Assembly: GCA_965242675.1 (NCBI GenBank)
Contig: CBDESW010000039.1
Span: 20,122-84,121, forward strand
Reading direction: 5' to 3'
Length of the DNA: 64,000 bases
DNA from: Dehalococcoidia bacterium
GTDB taxonomy: Bacteria > Chloroflexota > Dehalococcoidia > Lucifugimonadales > UBA1123
The notes under the pieces were generated by a model. That model was not told where the DNA came from. It searched no databases and saw only the letters and a list, made by a program, of their open reading frames with translations. Below, in pieces: positions 1 to 8,907 of the stretch (the first letter of the stretch is position 1; each line of letters opens with the position of its first letter). A program made the position numbers and the translations under genes.

Positions 1-646
1 CGCGGGCGCCCTTCGGGTGCCAGATTATCAGGCCGGGGCCGGTCTCTTCGTGGGTGGAGAAGAGGTCGAGCTCGCGCCCCAGCGTTCGGTGGTCGCGGCG
101 GCGGGCTTCTTCGATGCGCGCCAGATGCTCGTCAAGCGCCTCTTGGGACTCGAACGCCGTTCCGTAGATGCGCTGGAGCATGGGGCGGCGCTCGTCCCCG
201 CGCCAGTAGGCGCCGGCGACGTTGAGCAGCTTGAACGCCGGTATCGCGCCGGTGGATTCGACGTGGGGGCCCGCGCACAAGTCCTCGAACTCGCCGTGCG
301 TGTAGGTGGAAATCGGCTCATCGTCCGGTATCTCGGCGATGACTTCCAACTTGAGCGGCTCCGCGGCGTTCATTTCGTTCATCGTCTCGCGGGGATATTC
401 GGCGTACACGAAGGCGCAGTCGCGCGCGACGGTCGCCCTCATGCGCTTTTCGATGCGCTCCAGGTCTTCGGGCGTGAAGGGGCTTTCGACTAGGAAGTCG
501 TAGTAGAAGCCGTCGTCGGTGGGGGGGCCTATGCCGAGCTTGGCGTCCGGGAACAGAGACGTCACCGCGTCCGCCATGACGTGGGCGGCGGAGTGTCTGA
601 TGCGCGTTCGCAGCTCGGCGAGTTCGGAGTCCGGCTTGAGGTTCAT
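1..646 (-). CDS. thrS: Threonine--tRNA ligase, N-terminal part (gene runs off the left edge of the window)
   Basis: Manual minus-strand translation from ATG 646-644: MNLKPDSELAELRTRIRHSAAHVMADAV..GPPTDDGFYYDF..CAGPHVEST..AYWRGDERRPMLQRIYGTAF..RRDHRTLGRELDLF, i.e. ThrRS editing-domain and core-entry motifs. Not in the ORF track because it has no stop in the window. The + ORF 17..493 is its antisense shadow. Confidence 0.85.
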   Translation of the reverse strand, partial: MNLKPDSELAELRTRIRHSAAHVMADAVTSLFPDAKLGIGPPTDDGFYYDFLVESPFTPEDLERIEKRMRATVARDCAFVYAEYPRETMNEMNAAEPLKLEVIAEIPDDEPISTYTHGEFEDLCAGPHVESTGAIPAFKLLNVAGAYWRGDERRPMLQRIYGTAFESQEALDEHLARIEEARRRDHRTLGRELDLFSTHEETGPGLIIWHPKGAR

Positions 647-829
647 TTTCGGCGTTCTCTCTCTTGTGTCGGCGGCGGCGGCGCGGCGGGGAGGTTCGGA
701 CGCCGTCCTTAGTTGGGGGCGTCGCGGCTATTTTATGAAAGGGCGGCGCGGTCGGTCAAGGCGCGGGGGCGGGCGGCTAGACAACGCCGCGCGCCGCGTG
801 TACACTGCAATGGCGAGAAAGGCGGGGAT

Positions 830-1723
830 ATGACCACAGTCAACACAGTCGAAGACATCATAGAGGCGCTGGACTCCGACCCGTTTCTGCTGGAGTCCCT
901 GCGCGCGCGCCTGCTGACGCGCGACCTGATCGAGTTGCCGCAGGTCGCGGCGGAGATCGCCGCGTCCCAACTCCGCACGGAGGCTACGCTCCGTCAGTTC
1001 ATGGAGACCACCAACGCGCGGTTCGACTCGGTGGAAGAAAACCAGAAAATCGCCGATGCGCGGTTCGACTCGGTGGAAGAAAACCAGAAGGCCGCCAACG
1101 CGCGGTTTGACTCGGTGGAAGAAAACCAGAAGGCCGCCAACGCGCGGTTCGACTCGGTGGAGGAAAACCAGAAAATCGCCAACGCGCGGTTTGACTCGGT
1201 GGAAGAAAACCAGAAAATCACCAATGCGCGGTTCGACTCGCTGGAAACGATAGTCGTCGCCATGAAGATTGACCTGGACATCATCAAAGGCGACCACATG
1301 GAGTTGCGACTTCAGGGCAAAGTCGAAAGCCTGCTCGCCGAGCGGATGAATCTGCGGCGCGTCCAGATAGTCAGGGCGCTGTTCCCGGCGGGGAACGACC
1401 CTAAATTCCTGGACGCCGTTTACGACGCCGAAGACGGAGGCGTCATCACGGAGCGGCTCTACATGCGAGTCATAAACACCGACTTGATAGTCAGCGCGCG
1501 ACCGCGCGGGGGCGGCGAGACGGTTTACGTTGCCCTGGAAGTGTCGAACAAACTCGACCGGGAGGACGTCGACCGGGTTGCGCTGTCCGGCGAAGCGCTG
1601 GCGCTCATCTTCCCCGAAGCGGAGGTTCTAACCGCCGTGTACGGGTGGGAGATTTCCGACGGGGATAGGGCATACGCCGAAAGCAAGGGCGTGGCGACGC
1701 TTTTGGACGCGTCGCGCCGCTAA
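830..1723 (+). CDS. Hypothetical protein with six in-frame 13-aa tandem repeats (ARFDSVEENQK-x-A-x) and a C-terminal globular domain
   Basis: ORF 713..1723. The internal ATG at 830 is preceded by GAAAGGCGGGG. The coiled-coil-like repeat block is followed by TDLIV..YVALEVSNK, which only loosely resembles a D..E.K nuclease motif. Confidence 0.6.
   Translation: MTTVNTVEDIIEALDSDPFLLESLRARLLTRDLIELPQVAAEIAASQLRTEATLRQFMETTNARFDSVEENQKIADARFDSVEENQKAANARFDSVEENQKAANARFDSVEENQKIANARFDSVEENQKITNARFDSLETIVVAMKIDLDIIKGDHMELRLQGKVESLLAERMNLRRVQIVRALFPAGNDPKFLDAVYDAEDGGVITERLYMRVINTDLIVSARPRGGGETVYVALEVSNKLDREDVDRVALSGEALALIFPEAEVLTAVYGWEISDGDRAYAESKGVATLLDASRR
1012..1245 (+). repeat. 39-bp in-frame tandem repeat x6 inside CDS 830..1723
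   Basis: Direct reading: gcgcggttcgactcggtggaagaaaaccagaa(a/g)(a/g)(t/c)cgcc(a/g)a(c/t) is repeated six times with a few substitutions. Confidence 0.85.
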
Positions 1724-1745
1724 TCCGCCGGGGCGTCAACGCGCC

Positions 1746-2378
1746 CTACCCGCCCGGCTCTTCTTCCGGGCTGTACAGGGGCCTGACCAGCTCGTAAACC
1801 TCGTCCGTTCGGCAGTACATGTTGCCGGCGAGGCGTCCGACGGGCTTCAGGCGGTCGTGGTTTACGCGATGTCCGTCGATGACGTCGTCGCGGACGCGCA
1901 TCAGGGCTATCTCGCCGATTACCAGGGCGTTGCCCGTCCGCGGGTCGCCGAGCGAAATCACTTGGTTCAGACGACATTCCATGTTGACCGGCGATTCGGC
2001 GACGGCGGGAGCGCGGACGATGTCGGAGGGCGTCGGCGTCAGTCCGCTCACTTCGAACTCGTCCACGTCGGCGGGATACTCGGCGGCGGTGGCGTTCATC
2101 GCGGCGGCGATTCCGTCCGATACGACGTTGACGACGAACTCCCCCGTCGCCTCGATGTTCGCCAGCGTGTCCTTTTCCTTCCATCCCGCCTGGCGCGAGA
2201 TGCCGAGAACGACCGTGGGCGGCGAGTAGGCGACGGCGTTGAAGAACGAAAACGGCGCGAGGTTCACGACGCCGCCCCGCGAGACGGTGGACACCAGCGC
2301 TATGGGGCGCGGAACGACCACGCCGGTGAGAACGCGGTTGAAGTTGGGGAATTCGGCGGGGATTATTTTCAATTCCAT
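1746..2378 (-). CDS. Flavin reductase-like (FMN-binding split-barrel) protein
   Basis: ORF 1746..2405. PRPIALVST..NLAPFSFFN is typical of the flavin reductase-like domain. Start placed at the second ATG (MELKII) behind GGAGAG; 2405 is also possible. Confidence 0.7.
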   Translation of the reverse strand: MELKIIPAEFPNFNRVLTGVVVPRPIALVSTVSRGGVVNLAPFSFFNAVAYSPPTVVLGISRQAGWKEKDTLANIEATGEFVVNVVSDGIAAAMNATAAEYPADVDEFEVSGLTPTPSDIVRAPAVAESPVNMECRLNQVISLGDPRTGNALVIGEIALMRVRDDVIDGHRVNHDRLKPVGRLAGNMYCRTDEVYELVRPLYSPEEEPGG

Positions 2379-2534
2379 TCTCTCCGGATTGGGGTTTAGA
2401 CGCAAGGCGGCGGACAGGGCGGCAATCCGAAACGGAAGCGTCCGGGGATTGCGCCGCGCGGCTGCGTATGTTAATCTGATTTCAGCGAGAGCCGGAAGTG
2501 ACTCCCAGCGGGGGTTGCAGCCGGCTCTTTTCCG

Positions 2535-3282
2535 TCATGCGCCGCCGTCAACGCGCGCGGGCATGCGGTAGATGCCATATCTGTCAAACCCTTCCGGGGA
2601 AGCCAGGTTGACTGTCTTGCGCTCTATGATTCTATAGTAGCGCCGGATTGCCAGAAGGAAAAGGTCGCCCGCGGGGGGCTGACGATGATTCAACTCCGCT
2701 TCGTGGTAGTGGCGCGCGACGGACGCCGCCATATCCGCTATCTGTATTCCGACGGATGTCTTGGAATCCACGAAAAACGGGGCGTCGGTTATGCGGTTCC
2801 AGGACTGGCCCAAATTGCGACCTGTATAGGAACGAGTTGAATTTTTCGGAGAGGCCTCCGAACAGCCCGCCGTCTCCGTCGAACAGGATTGTCGCCATTT
2901 GGTCGCGTTCGTCCGCCAGCAGTTGAATTCGCTCCACCAAGAATTGGAACTGCCTGGGCAGAAACTCGCTCTCCGCCTCTTGGTCCGAATTCGGGCGCTC
3001 CATCACAATCGCGAAGATTGCTATGGGCATACCCAGCATCGCGCTGAAGAATTCCTCTACGAACAGCGCGTAATCGGGTTTCTTTCGGAACGTTCTGCGA
3101 TTGAGCAGGCTTCTACCCTTCAATTCCATTCGCTCCCGTTGCAGAATGTCCCGCTTCAGAGCGTGGACCGCGCCGGCGATTTTGCGAGCGTCCGATTCCT
3201 CTATGCAGGTCGCGACGATGACCGACCTCTCGTTGGGGTCGTTTGGATGCGGATGGCCGCTTTCGTCGATGAACGCCAACAT
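2535..3282 (-). pseudogene. DUF3800-family protein with one reading-frame break (~2813-2830)
   Basis: ORF 2632..3282 starts MLAFIDESGHP, the DUF3800 hallmark. Overlapping ORF 2535..2813 carries the family's C-terminal SVGIQIADMAA motif in another frame. Confidence 0.6.
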
Positions 3283-3359
3283 GCGATGACAACCTCGCTT
3301 CGCAATTTGTTCGCCGGATGCTCGGATGGGCTTCCTTACAACCCATTATACGCCAAAAA

Positions 3360-4409
3360 TCACGTCTCGAAAAACCGCGCCAGCTCGTCCCGCTCGAATT
3401 TCGGAAAATCCGAATCCGGCGCGTCTCGGCGGCGCAGGATTACGCGGGAATGACGGTCTGTGGCGAACCCTATGGCGCGGGCGGCGATTCCGGCGTCGGC
3501 GAGCGCGGACACCGCCTTCGGCGCGTCGCCGGGCGCGACCGCCGCCAGCAGCGCGCCGGACGCTATCAAGCCCAGCGCGTCCAAGCCCAGCGCGGCGCAT
3601 ATCGCGCGGCACTCCGGCGCGACTGGGACGGATTCGGCGTCTATCTCCAAACCGGCGCCGGACGCCGCCGACAGCTCGTAGAGCGCGCCGGACAAGCCGC
3701 CTTCGGTCGGGTCGGTCATCGCGTGGACTTCGGCGGCGCGGACTAGGGCGCGGGCGTCCGGGACGACGCTGATTCCCGGATCGAACAGAAAGCCCGCCGC
3801 GCGCCGAATGTCCGCGCCGCCGACGCCCGCCGCCGACAGGCGCTCCGACGCCTCGCGCGCCAGTATGGACGCGCCTTCGAGCGCGATTCCCTTCGTGAGA
3901 ATCAGCGCGTCGCCGGGGCGGACGCCGGCGCTTAGGACGGCGTCCGCCTTGCCGACTTCCCCCAGCATCGCGCCCGCCGCGATGGGCCTGTCCAAGCCGA
4001 CGGTGATTTCGGTGTGGCCTCCGATGAGCGAGACGCCCAACTCGGCGCAGGCGGCGCGAATCTGCGCGAAGATGTCCGAAACCAGAGTTTCGTCCGCGCC
4101 CGGCGGCAGAAGCAACGTCGCCATCAGCCACTTGGGAACGCCGCCCATCGCGGCGATGTCGTTGGCGTTGACGTTGACCATGTACCATCCGATGAGGTCG
4201 GTGGCGAAGGTAATCGGGTCGGCTTTGGCGACTAGGTAGCGGTCGCCGAAGTCTATCAGCGCGGCGTCCTCGCCGACGGCGGGTCCGAGCGCCACGCGCG
4301 GGTCGGACGCGGGGGCGGCGGACAGCAGGCTTGCGAGCGCGTCCATCGGCAGCTTGCCGGGGCGGAACCCCGCTTGATTGCGAATCTTGTCCGTTTCCAT
4401 AGCGTTCAT
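3360..4409 (-). CDS. AIR synthase-related protein (PurM/HypE/ThiL superfamily)
   Basis: 349-aa ORF with GEDAALIDF..VAKADPITF..NDIAAMGG..IGGHTE motifs characteristic of the PurM-like fold. Confidence 0.7.
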   Translation of the reverse strand: MNAMETDKIRNQAGFRPGKLPMDALASLLSAAPASDPRVALGPAVGEDAALIDFGDRYLVAKADPITFATDLIGWYMVNVNANDIAAMGGVPKWLMATLLLPPGADETLVSDIFAQIRAACAELGVSLIGGHTEITVGLDRPIAAGAMLGEVGKADAVLSAGVRPGDALILTKGIALEGASILAREASERLSAAGVGGADIRRAAGFLFDPGISVVPDARALVRAAEVHAMTDPTEGGLSGALYELSAASGAGLEIDAESVPVAPECRAICAALGLDALGLIASGALLAAVAPGDAPKAVSALADAGIAARAIGFATDRHSRVILRRRDAPDSDFPKFERDELARFFET

Positions 4410-4430
4410 TTCCGAATTAGGCGGATGGGG

Positions 4431-4549
4431 CGAAGGGGATGCGTTGGCTTCAATTCAGGTTTGATTTCGGTCGGCTATCATGTCCCCGCTTTCGCGAGGA
4501 TGACGTTGTTGGGCGACTCTGGATTCCCGCTTTCGCGGGAATGACGGGG
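4431..4549. repeat. Modular intergenic palindromic repeat (modules B-C-D)
   Basis: gcgttggcttca..tgatttcgg / tgtccccgctttcgcgaggatgacgttgttgg / tctggattcccgctttcgcgggaatgacgggg. The same modules recur at >=12 other loci. Confidence 0.85.
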
Positions 4550-4685
4550 AGACAAACAAGGGAGAATGGGACGCGCCCTTCGCGCCTCTGCGCCTTTGCG
4601 TTTTGGATTTCTTGACCATTCGCGGATTTCCCGCCCGGACAATCCGCTGGCGGCCCGCGCCGTTTCATGCTATCATATCCGAGCC

Positions 4686-5396
4686 ATGATTGAAGCGGTT
4701 TTCTTCGATTTGTACGGGACGCTCGCCGGGTTCAGCCCCGGTCGTTTCGAGGTGCAGTCCCAAGCCTGCGCCGAGTTCGGCATCGAGCTGACTCCGGAGG
4801 GGGTGTTGCGCGGCTACGCGCTGGCGGACGCCTTCATGTCCGCCCAGAACGCCGCGCGCCCGCTGCGCCTGCTGGGCGCGGACGAGCGCGACGGCTTCTT
4901 CGCGGAGTACGAGCGGCGCGTTCTGAGAGGTTGCGGCGTGGAAGTTTCGCCGGAAGAGGCGGCGCGGATCTGGGCGGCGGTGCGAAGAATCCCCTACCGC
5001 ATGGAGCGTTTCGACGACGTCCTGCCGGCGATGGACATTCTCAAGCAACAAGGCTTCACGCTGGGGCTTGTGTCCAACATGAATACCCCGGCGGACGAGC
5101 TCGCGGACAGCATGGGCTTGACGCCCTATCTCGATTTGGCGGTGACTTCCGGCGAAGTGGGCGCGGAGAAGCCGCATCCGCCCATCTTCCGCGAGGCGCT
5201 GCGGCGGGCGGGCGTGGGCGCGGAAGCCGCCGTCCACGTGGGCGACCAGATTATGTCGGACGTGCGGGGCGCGGAGGGCGCCGGCGTGTCGCCCATTCTA
5301 ATCGACCGGGACGGGATGCACCCGGACTTCGCCGACTGCCCGCGCATCGAGACGCTGATGGAGCTGCCCGCCCTGCTGTCGGCGGCGGCGGTCTAG
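4686..5396 (+). CDS. HAD-superfamily hydrolase (subfamily IA-like)
   Basis: ATG at 4686 within ORF 4566..5396. N-terminal FFDLYGTL (motif I) and C-terminal VGDQIMSDV (motif IV-like). Confidence 0.75.
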   Translation: MIEAVFFDLYGTLAGFSPGRFEVQSQACAEFGIELTPEGVLRGYALADAFMSAQNAARPLRLLGADERDGFFAEYERRVLRGCGVEVSPEEAARIWAAVRRIPYRMERFDDVLPAMDILKQQGFTLGLVSNMNTPADELADSMGLTPYLDLAVTSGEVGAEKPHPPIFREALRRAGVGAEAAVHVGDQIMSDVRGAEGAGVSPILIDRDGMHPDFADCPRIETLMELPALLSAAAV

Positions 5397-5405
5397 GGCG
5401 GGCGC

Positions 5406-5660
5406 TTAGGCTTCCGCTTCCGCGCCGGCTTCGACCATCTCCGCCAGCATCATCTGGAGCGCCATTATGTGGGCGCAGGTGTCGCGCCCTATCAGGTAGT
5501 CGCAGTCGCAGTTCCACTTCCCCGCGTCGTAAGAAATGGCGTGGTCTCCGTTGTCGCCCCGAAAGAGCGCGGCGCAACTGACGAAGCTCACGCGCTCCCT
5601 CTGCAGGGCGTAGTCTTTGGCTTTCTCGACCTTTCGCTTTCTTATGAAGCTGGAGTCCAT
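5406..5660 (-). CDS. SWIM zinc-finger domain protein
   Basis: CDCDYLIGRDTCAHIMAL matches the CxC..CxH SWIM signature. Confidence 0.6.
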   Translation of the reverse strand: MDSSFIRKRKVEKAKDYALQRERVSFVSCAALFRGDNGDHAISYDAGKWNCDCDYLIGRDTCAHIMALQMMLAEMVEAGAEAEA

Positions 5661-5832
5661 GTGCGGGAGCGCCTCTCTTTCGGGAATCTTCGGCTGAAAT
5701 CCGCGGCTAAGGCGGTTGGGATGTTCGGGCGTCCGCGCCGACGCCCGAACGCGGCGAATTGTAGCGAGATTGGCGGTCGGCGGTCAACGATGGAATCGCC
5801 GCCGTCCGACCGCCGCCGCGCTCGCGCCGCCC

Positions 5833-6972
5833 TTATCCGCCCAGCGACATGAGCCGCGCCATGCGCGCCTTGTGGTAGACGTGGTCGCCCAGATAGTGCT
5901 GCAGCGTTCGGGCGCGCTTGGTGTACTGCGTCAAGCCGTATTCCAAATCCGCGCCGATGCCGGCGTGGACGTGGTGGGCGGCGTCGCATGCGCGGGGGAA
6001 GCCGAGGCTGGCGACCCGCCTTGGCGGTGGAGACGCCCACTTGCGCGTCCGACATGCCTTCGTCCAGTTGCCAGAGCGCCTCGAAGGCGGTCCACTTGGC
6101 GGAATCGGCGTCCGTGAGCGCGTCTATGACGTGGTTCTTGGACGCGCTGGAAGGTGCCGATGGGGACTCCGAAGGCGATGCGCGACTGGCTGTATTCGCG
6201 GGTCATGTCATAGACGCGCTGGGTGCCGCCCGCCATGAAGGCGCAGAGGACGGCGGTCGCCCTGTCCATGGCGGACTCGACCGCGCTCCACGCGCCCGCC
6301 GGGTCGCCGATGACGTCGGCGGCGCCCACGGAGACGTTGTTGAAGTTCACTTCGCAAGCCTTGGGCCCTATCCAGCCGTCCATGACGCGGACGGAGACGC
6401 CGGGGGCGACGCGGTCGACCGCGAACAGCCCAAGCCCGCCTTCCGCGCCCGCCGCCGTCCGCGCCACGACCAGGATGCGGTCGGCGATGTTGGCGTCCGG
6501 GATGAACAGCTTGGTGCCGTTCAGCGTGTAGCCGCCGTTTGTTCGCGGTCGCCCGGAGTTTCACCGCGCTAGGCGACCATGAGTAATCCGGCTCGGTGTA
6601 GGCGAGGGTGTAGATCTGCTGTCCGGCGGCGATGCCGGGGAGCATCGCCTGCTTCTGCTCTTCGGAGCCGGCGGCGAGAATCGCCTGCGCCGCCAGGACG
6701 GCGGACGACAGCAGCGGGCTGGGGCAGGCGTAGTTGCCCATCACTTCGGACACCACGCCCAAGTCCACCCATCCCTGCCCCAGTCCGCCGTACTCTTCCG
6801 GCACGGCGAGCGAGGGCCAGCCGAGGTCTGCCATCTGCCCCCACAGGTCGGGGTCGAAGCCGGATTCGCTGTCGTCTATCTCCAAGACGCGGGTCTTCGG
6901 CAGCTGGTCTTCCATGAACTCCCGCGCCGAAGTCTGGAGCATGGTCTGAATTTCGTTGAGGGTAAGGTCCAT
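5833..6972 (-). pseudogene. Acyl-CoA dehydrogenase-like gene with three frame breaks
   Basis: ORF pieces 6208..6972, 5931..6467 and 5642..6055, plus a tail to TAA (5835-5833), join into one ACAD-like protein (..NGGYTLNGTKLFIPDANIADRILVVART.., ..GTFQRVQ/NHVIDALTDADSAKW.., ..VASLGFPRACDAAHHVHAGIGADLEYGLTQYTKRARTLQHYLGD..). Joining requires removing 1 nt near 6538-6540, ~6138 and ~6015. Confidence 0.75.
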
Positions 6973-7128
6973 CGCGTATCAACCTCTGACAAATGAATTT
7001 CGCGCGGCGAACGCGGGAAGGCGCGCCGCTCGGATAAGATTATACTTTGCGCGGGCGATTCAGGGCAATTTTCCCGCGGCGCCGGAGAAATTCGCGGAAG
7101 TCCCCCTCGTCAATACCCCCGCCCGCCG

Positions 7129-7667
7129 GCGCGCGGGGTTCGGCGGGAATCAGCCGCCGTTGCGGTCGATGTGGTTGCGGAAGGTCAGGAGCGTGTGGAG
7201 CTGCTCCGCGGTGATTTCGCCCCTCTCGTAGCGGGCGAGGATGCCGTCGACCAGCTCGCGCTCTTGGGCGCGACCTTTCTCGACGCCCTCTTGGACGCCC
7301 TCGGCATATCCCTCGTCCTTGAGTTTTTTGATTCTTCTCGGTATTAGCAGAACCACGCATCCCACCCCCTCGGCGATGATTGCGGACAGCGGCGCGCGGG
7401 GTTCGGGGGGAATCAGCCGCCGTTGCGGTCGATGTGGTTGCGGAAGGTCAGGAGCATGTGGAGCTGCTCCGCGGTGATTTCGCCCCTTTCGTAGCGGGCG
7501 AGGATGCCGTTGACCAGTTCGCGCTCTTGGGCGCGGCCCTCGGCGCGTCCTTTCTCGACGCCCTCTTGGACGCCTTCGGCGCGCCCCTCGTCCTTGAGTT
7601 TTTTGATTCTTCTCGGTATTAGCAGAACCATGTATCCCACCCCCTCGGCGATGATTGCGGACAGCAA
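7129..7667. repeat. Direct tandem duplication (~263-bp period) of the 3' third of CDS 7413..7838
   Basis: 7129-7390 and 7392-7667 are near-identical apart from a 12-nt indel. The left copy encodes only ..LSAIIAEGVG..RRIKKLKDEG..ARYERGEITAEQLHTLLTFRNHIDRNGG. Confidence 0.85.
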
Positions 7668-7838
7668 CGCCATGCCCGCCGACACCGCGAATATGGCGGC
7701 GGCGACGAACAGGCTTTCGGTTTCGGGCCAAGTCCTGAGCGGGGCGCGGAAGACCGCCGTGAGCAACGCGGTCATCAGCACGTACACGGCGTAGTATCCC
7801 GCCCAGTAGTTCGGAGCCAGCCTTTTCAGCATTTCCAT
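7413..7838 (-). CDS. Small membrane protein (about 3 TM helices plus a charged C-terminal helix)
   Basis: Internal ATG at 7838 (MEMLKRLAPNYWAGYYAVYVLM..) within the 351-aa composite ORF 7413..8468. The upstream part of that ORF is IS1 transposase read-through. Confidence 0.55.
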   Translation of the reverse strand: MEMLKRLAPNYWAGYYAVYVLMTALLTAVFRAPLRTWPETESLFVAAAIFAVSAGMALLSAIIAEGVGYMVLLIPRRIKKLKDEGRAEGVQEGVEKGRAEGRAQERELVNGILARYERGEITAEQLHMLLTFRNHIDRNGG

Positions 7839-7869
7839 TATAGCGCTTCCTTTCCGCGACGGCGTAAAT

Positions 7870-7928
7870 GGGGAATCAAACCCGTTTTTCAGCCTATTAT
7901 GCAATTTCCGGCGGGCGTTATGAAGGCC
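7870..7928. mobile_element. Relic of a related IS end (degenerate IR plus 5'-UTR-like segment)
   Basis: ggggaatcaaacccgtttttcagcctattatgcaatttccggcgggcgttatgaaggcc aligns in direct orientation with 8768-8825 of the intact IS (ggggattcaagcctgttttcagactattatacgatttccagcgagtgctatgaatacc). Confidence 0.45.
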
Positions 7929-7936
7929 GCCGCGCA

Positions 7937-8468
7937 GGTATTCATAGCACTCGCTGGTATTCATATCAGACCCTCCCTGAGCCACACCAAAGCCAGCGAA
8001 TTTGCGAGCATCTCCAGCTTTTTTGCTGTACCCGCTCGTCGCCCGACCCAGACGATTCAGCCGAGTCCGCAACTTCGTGTGAAGCCCCTCGTTCCGGTTC
8101 ACCTCGCTCCCCTTCCCCCGCTTATGGCGGTCATCGGGAAGATGCCCATACACCTCGTACCCGTCGCTCCTGTACTTCTCCGCCGCCGGCAGACGGCTCA
8201 GAAGCCGGTGGAACGTAAGCAAGTCCCGGTCCCCAACCTCGAAGTCGAACCACACGCTGCCGTCCGCCTCCTCGACCATCGCCGTCCACACCCACACCGA
8301 ACGGCGCTTCTTCCCCTTCCGAACCCTGACGTACGACCACATCTCATCGAATGAGATCACTTTCGCCTTCGGCCTTTCGGCGTCCATGCCCCGAATCGCT
8401 CTCACCGAGTGGGGAACGTCCGCCGCGGACGGGTTGCGCCGCTCGCGCTCCATGTCCATTATCGCCAT
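7937..8468 (-). CDS. insB: IS1 InsB-like DDE transposase frame (no stop codon before the IS end)
   Basis: ..KVISFDEMWSYVRVRKGKKRRSVWVWTAMVEE..DFEVGDRD..YRSDGYEVYG..NEGLHTKLRTRLNRL.. are IS1 transposase motifs. The ORF reads through the IR into flanking DNA. Confidence 0.75.
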
Positions 8469-8748
8469 CGCCTCGCGGGCTTTTTTTGACCCAGCCGTAC
8501 ACGGTGACGTAGCTCACGCCCATGGCGCGGGCGATTGCGGACACGCTCATGCCCTCCTTGTAGCAGTCGAGAGCGCGGCTGACGGTTTTCTCCGGGTGGA
8601 AATGGCGGTTGCCGTCCGGGGTGTATCGGTATTTGCACTCCCCGCAACGGTAGGTCTGCTTGCCGTAGGAATGTCCGTCCTTGGGCATCCAGTTGGAGCC
8701 GCAGTGCGGGCACCGGATGTCGTGTCGGTATGAGCGAGGGCGAGGCAT
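8344..8748 (-). CDS. insA: IS1 InsA-like protein (zinc finger + HTH); frame changes at an A7 run
   Basis: MPRPRSYRHDIRCPHCGS..YRCGECKYRY..MSVSAIARAMGVSYVTVYGWVKK. The A7 run (7 T on the + strand, ~8482-8488) sits where the InsB frame takes over. Confidence 0.75.
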   Translation of the reverse strand: MPRPRSYRHDIRCPHCGSNWMPKDGHSYGKQTYRCGECKYRYTPDGNRHFHPEKTVSRALDCYKEGMSVSAIARAMGVSYVTVYGWVKKSPRGDGDNGHGARAAQPVRGGRSPLGESDSGHGRRKAEGESDLIR

Positions 8749-8907
8749 GTTCGGAGCTCCTAAAAACGGGGATTCAAGCCTGTTTTCAGACTATTATACG
8801 ATTTCCAGCGAGTGCTATGAATACCGCCGCGCAAGCGCCTTGACCATAATCCAATCCCATATCTATAATTTCGGTTAACGCTAGACGGAAGGAACGGCAT
8901 ATCCAAG

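Larger units (their letters stand above)
7937..8825 (-). mobile_element. IS1-family insertion sequence (889 bp)
   Basis: Perfect 21-bp terminal inverted repeats: ggtattcatagcactcgctgg at 7937-7957 and its reverse complement at 8805-8825. Flanked by an 8-bp direct repeat gccgcgca (7929-7936 and 8826-8833). Has InsA-like and InsB-like ORFs. Confidence 0.85.

Noticed and set aside
17-493. The + strand 158-aa ORF at the window start.
   Set aside because: It is antisense to the clearly recognisable thrS reading frame.
7413-8468. The 351-aa ORF as one protein (transposase fused to a membrane protein).
   Set aside because: It crosses the IS1 terminal inverted repeat and the relic IS end. It is better explained as an InsB frame lacking a stop plus a separate downstream gene starting at ATG 7838. 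The fusion ORF is noted in the findings but not called as a gene.
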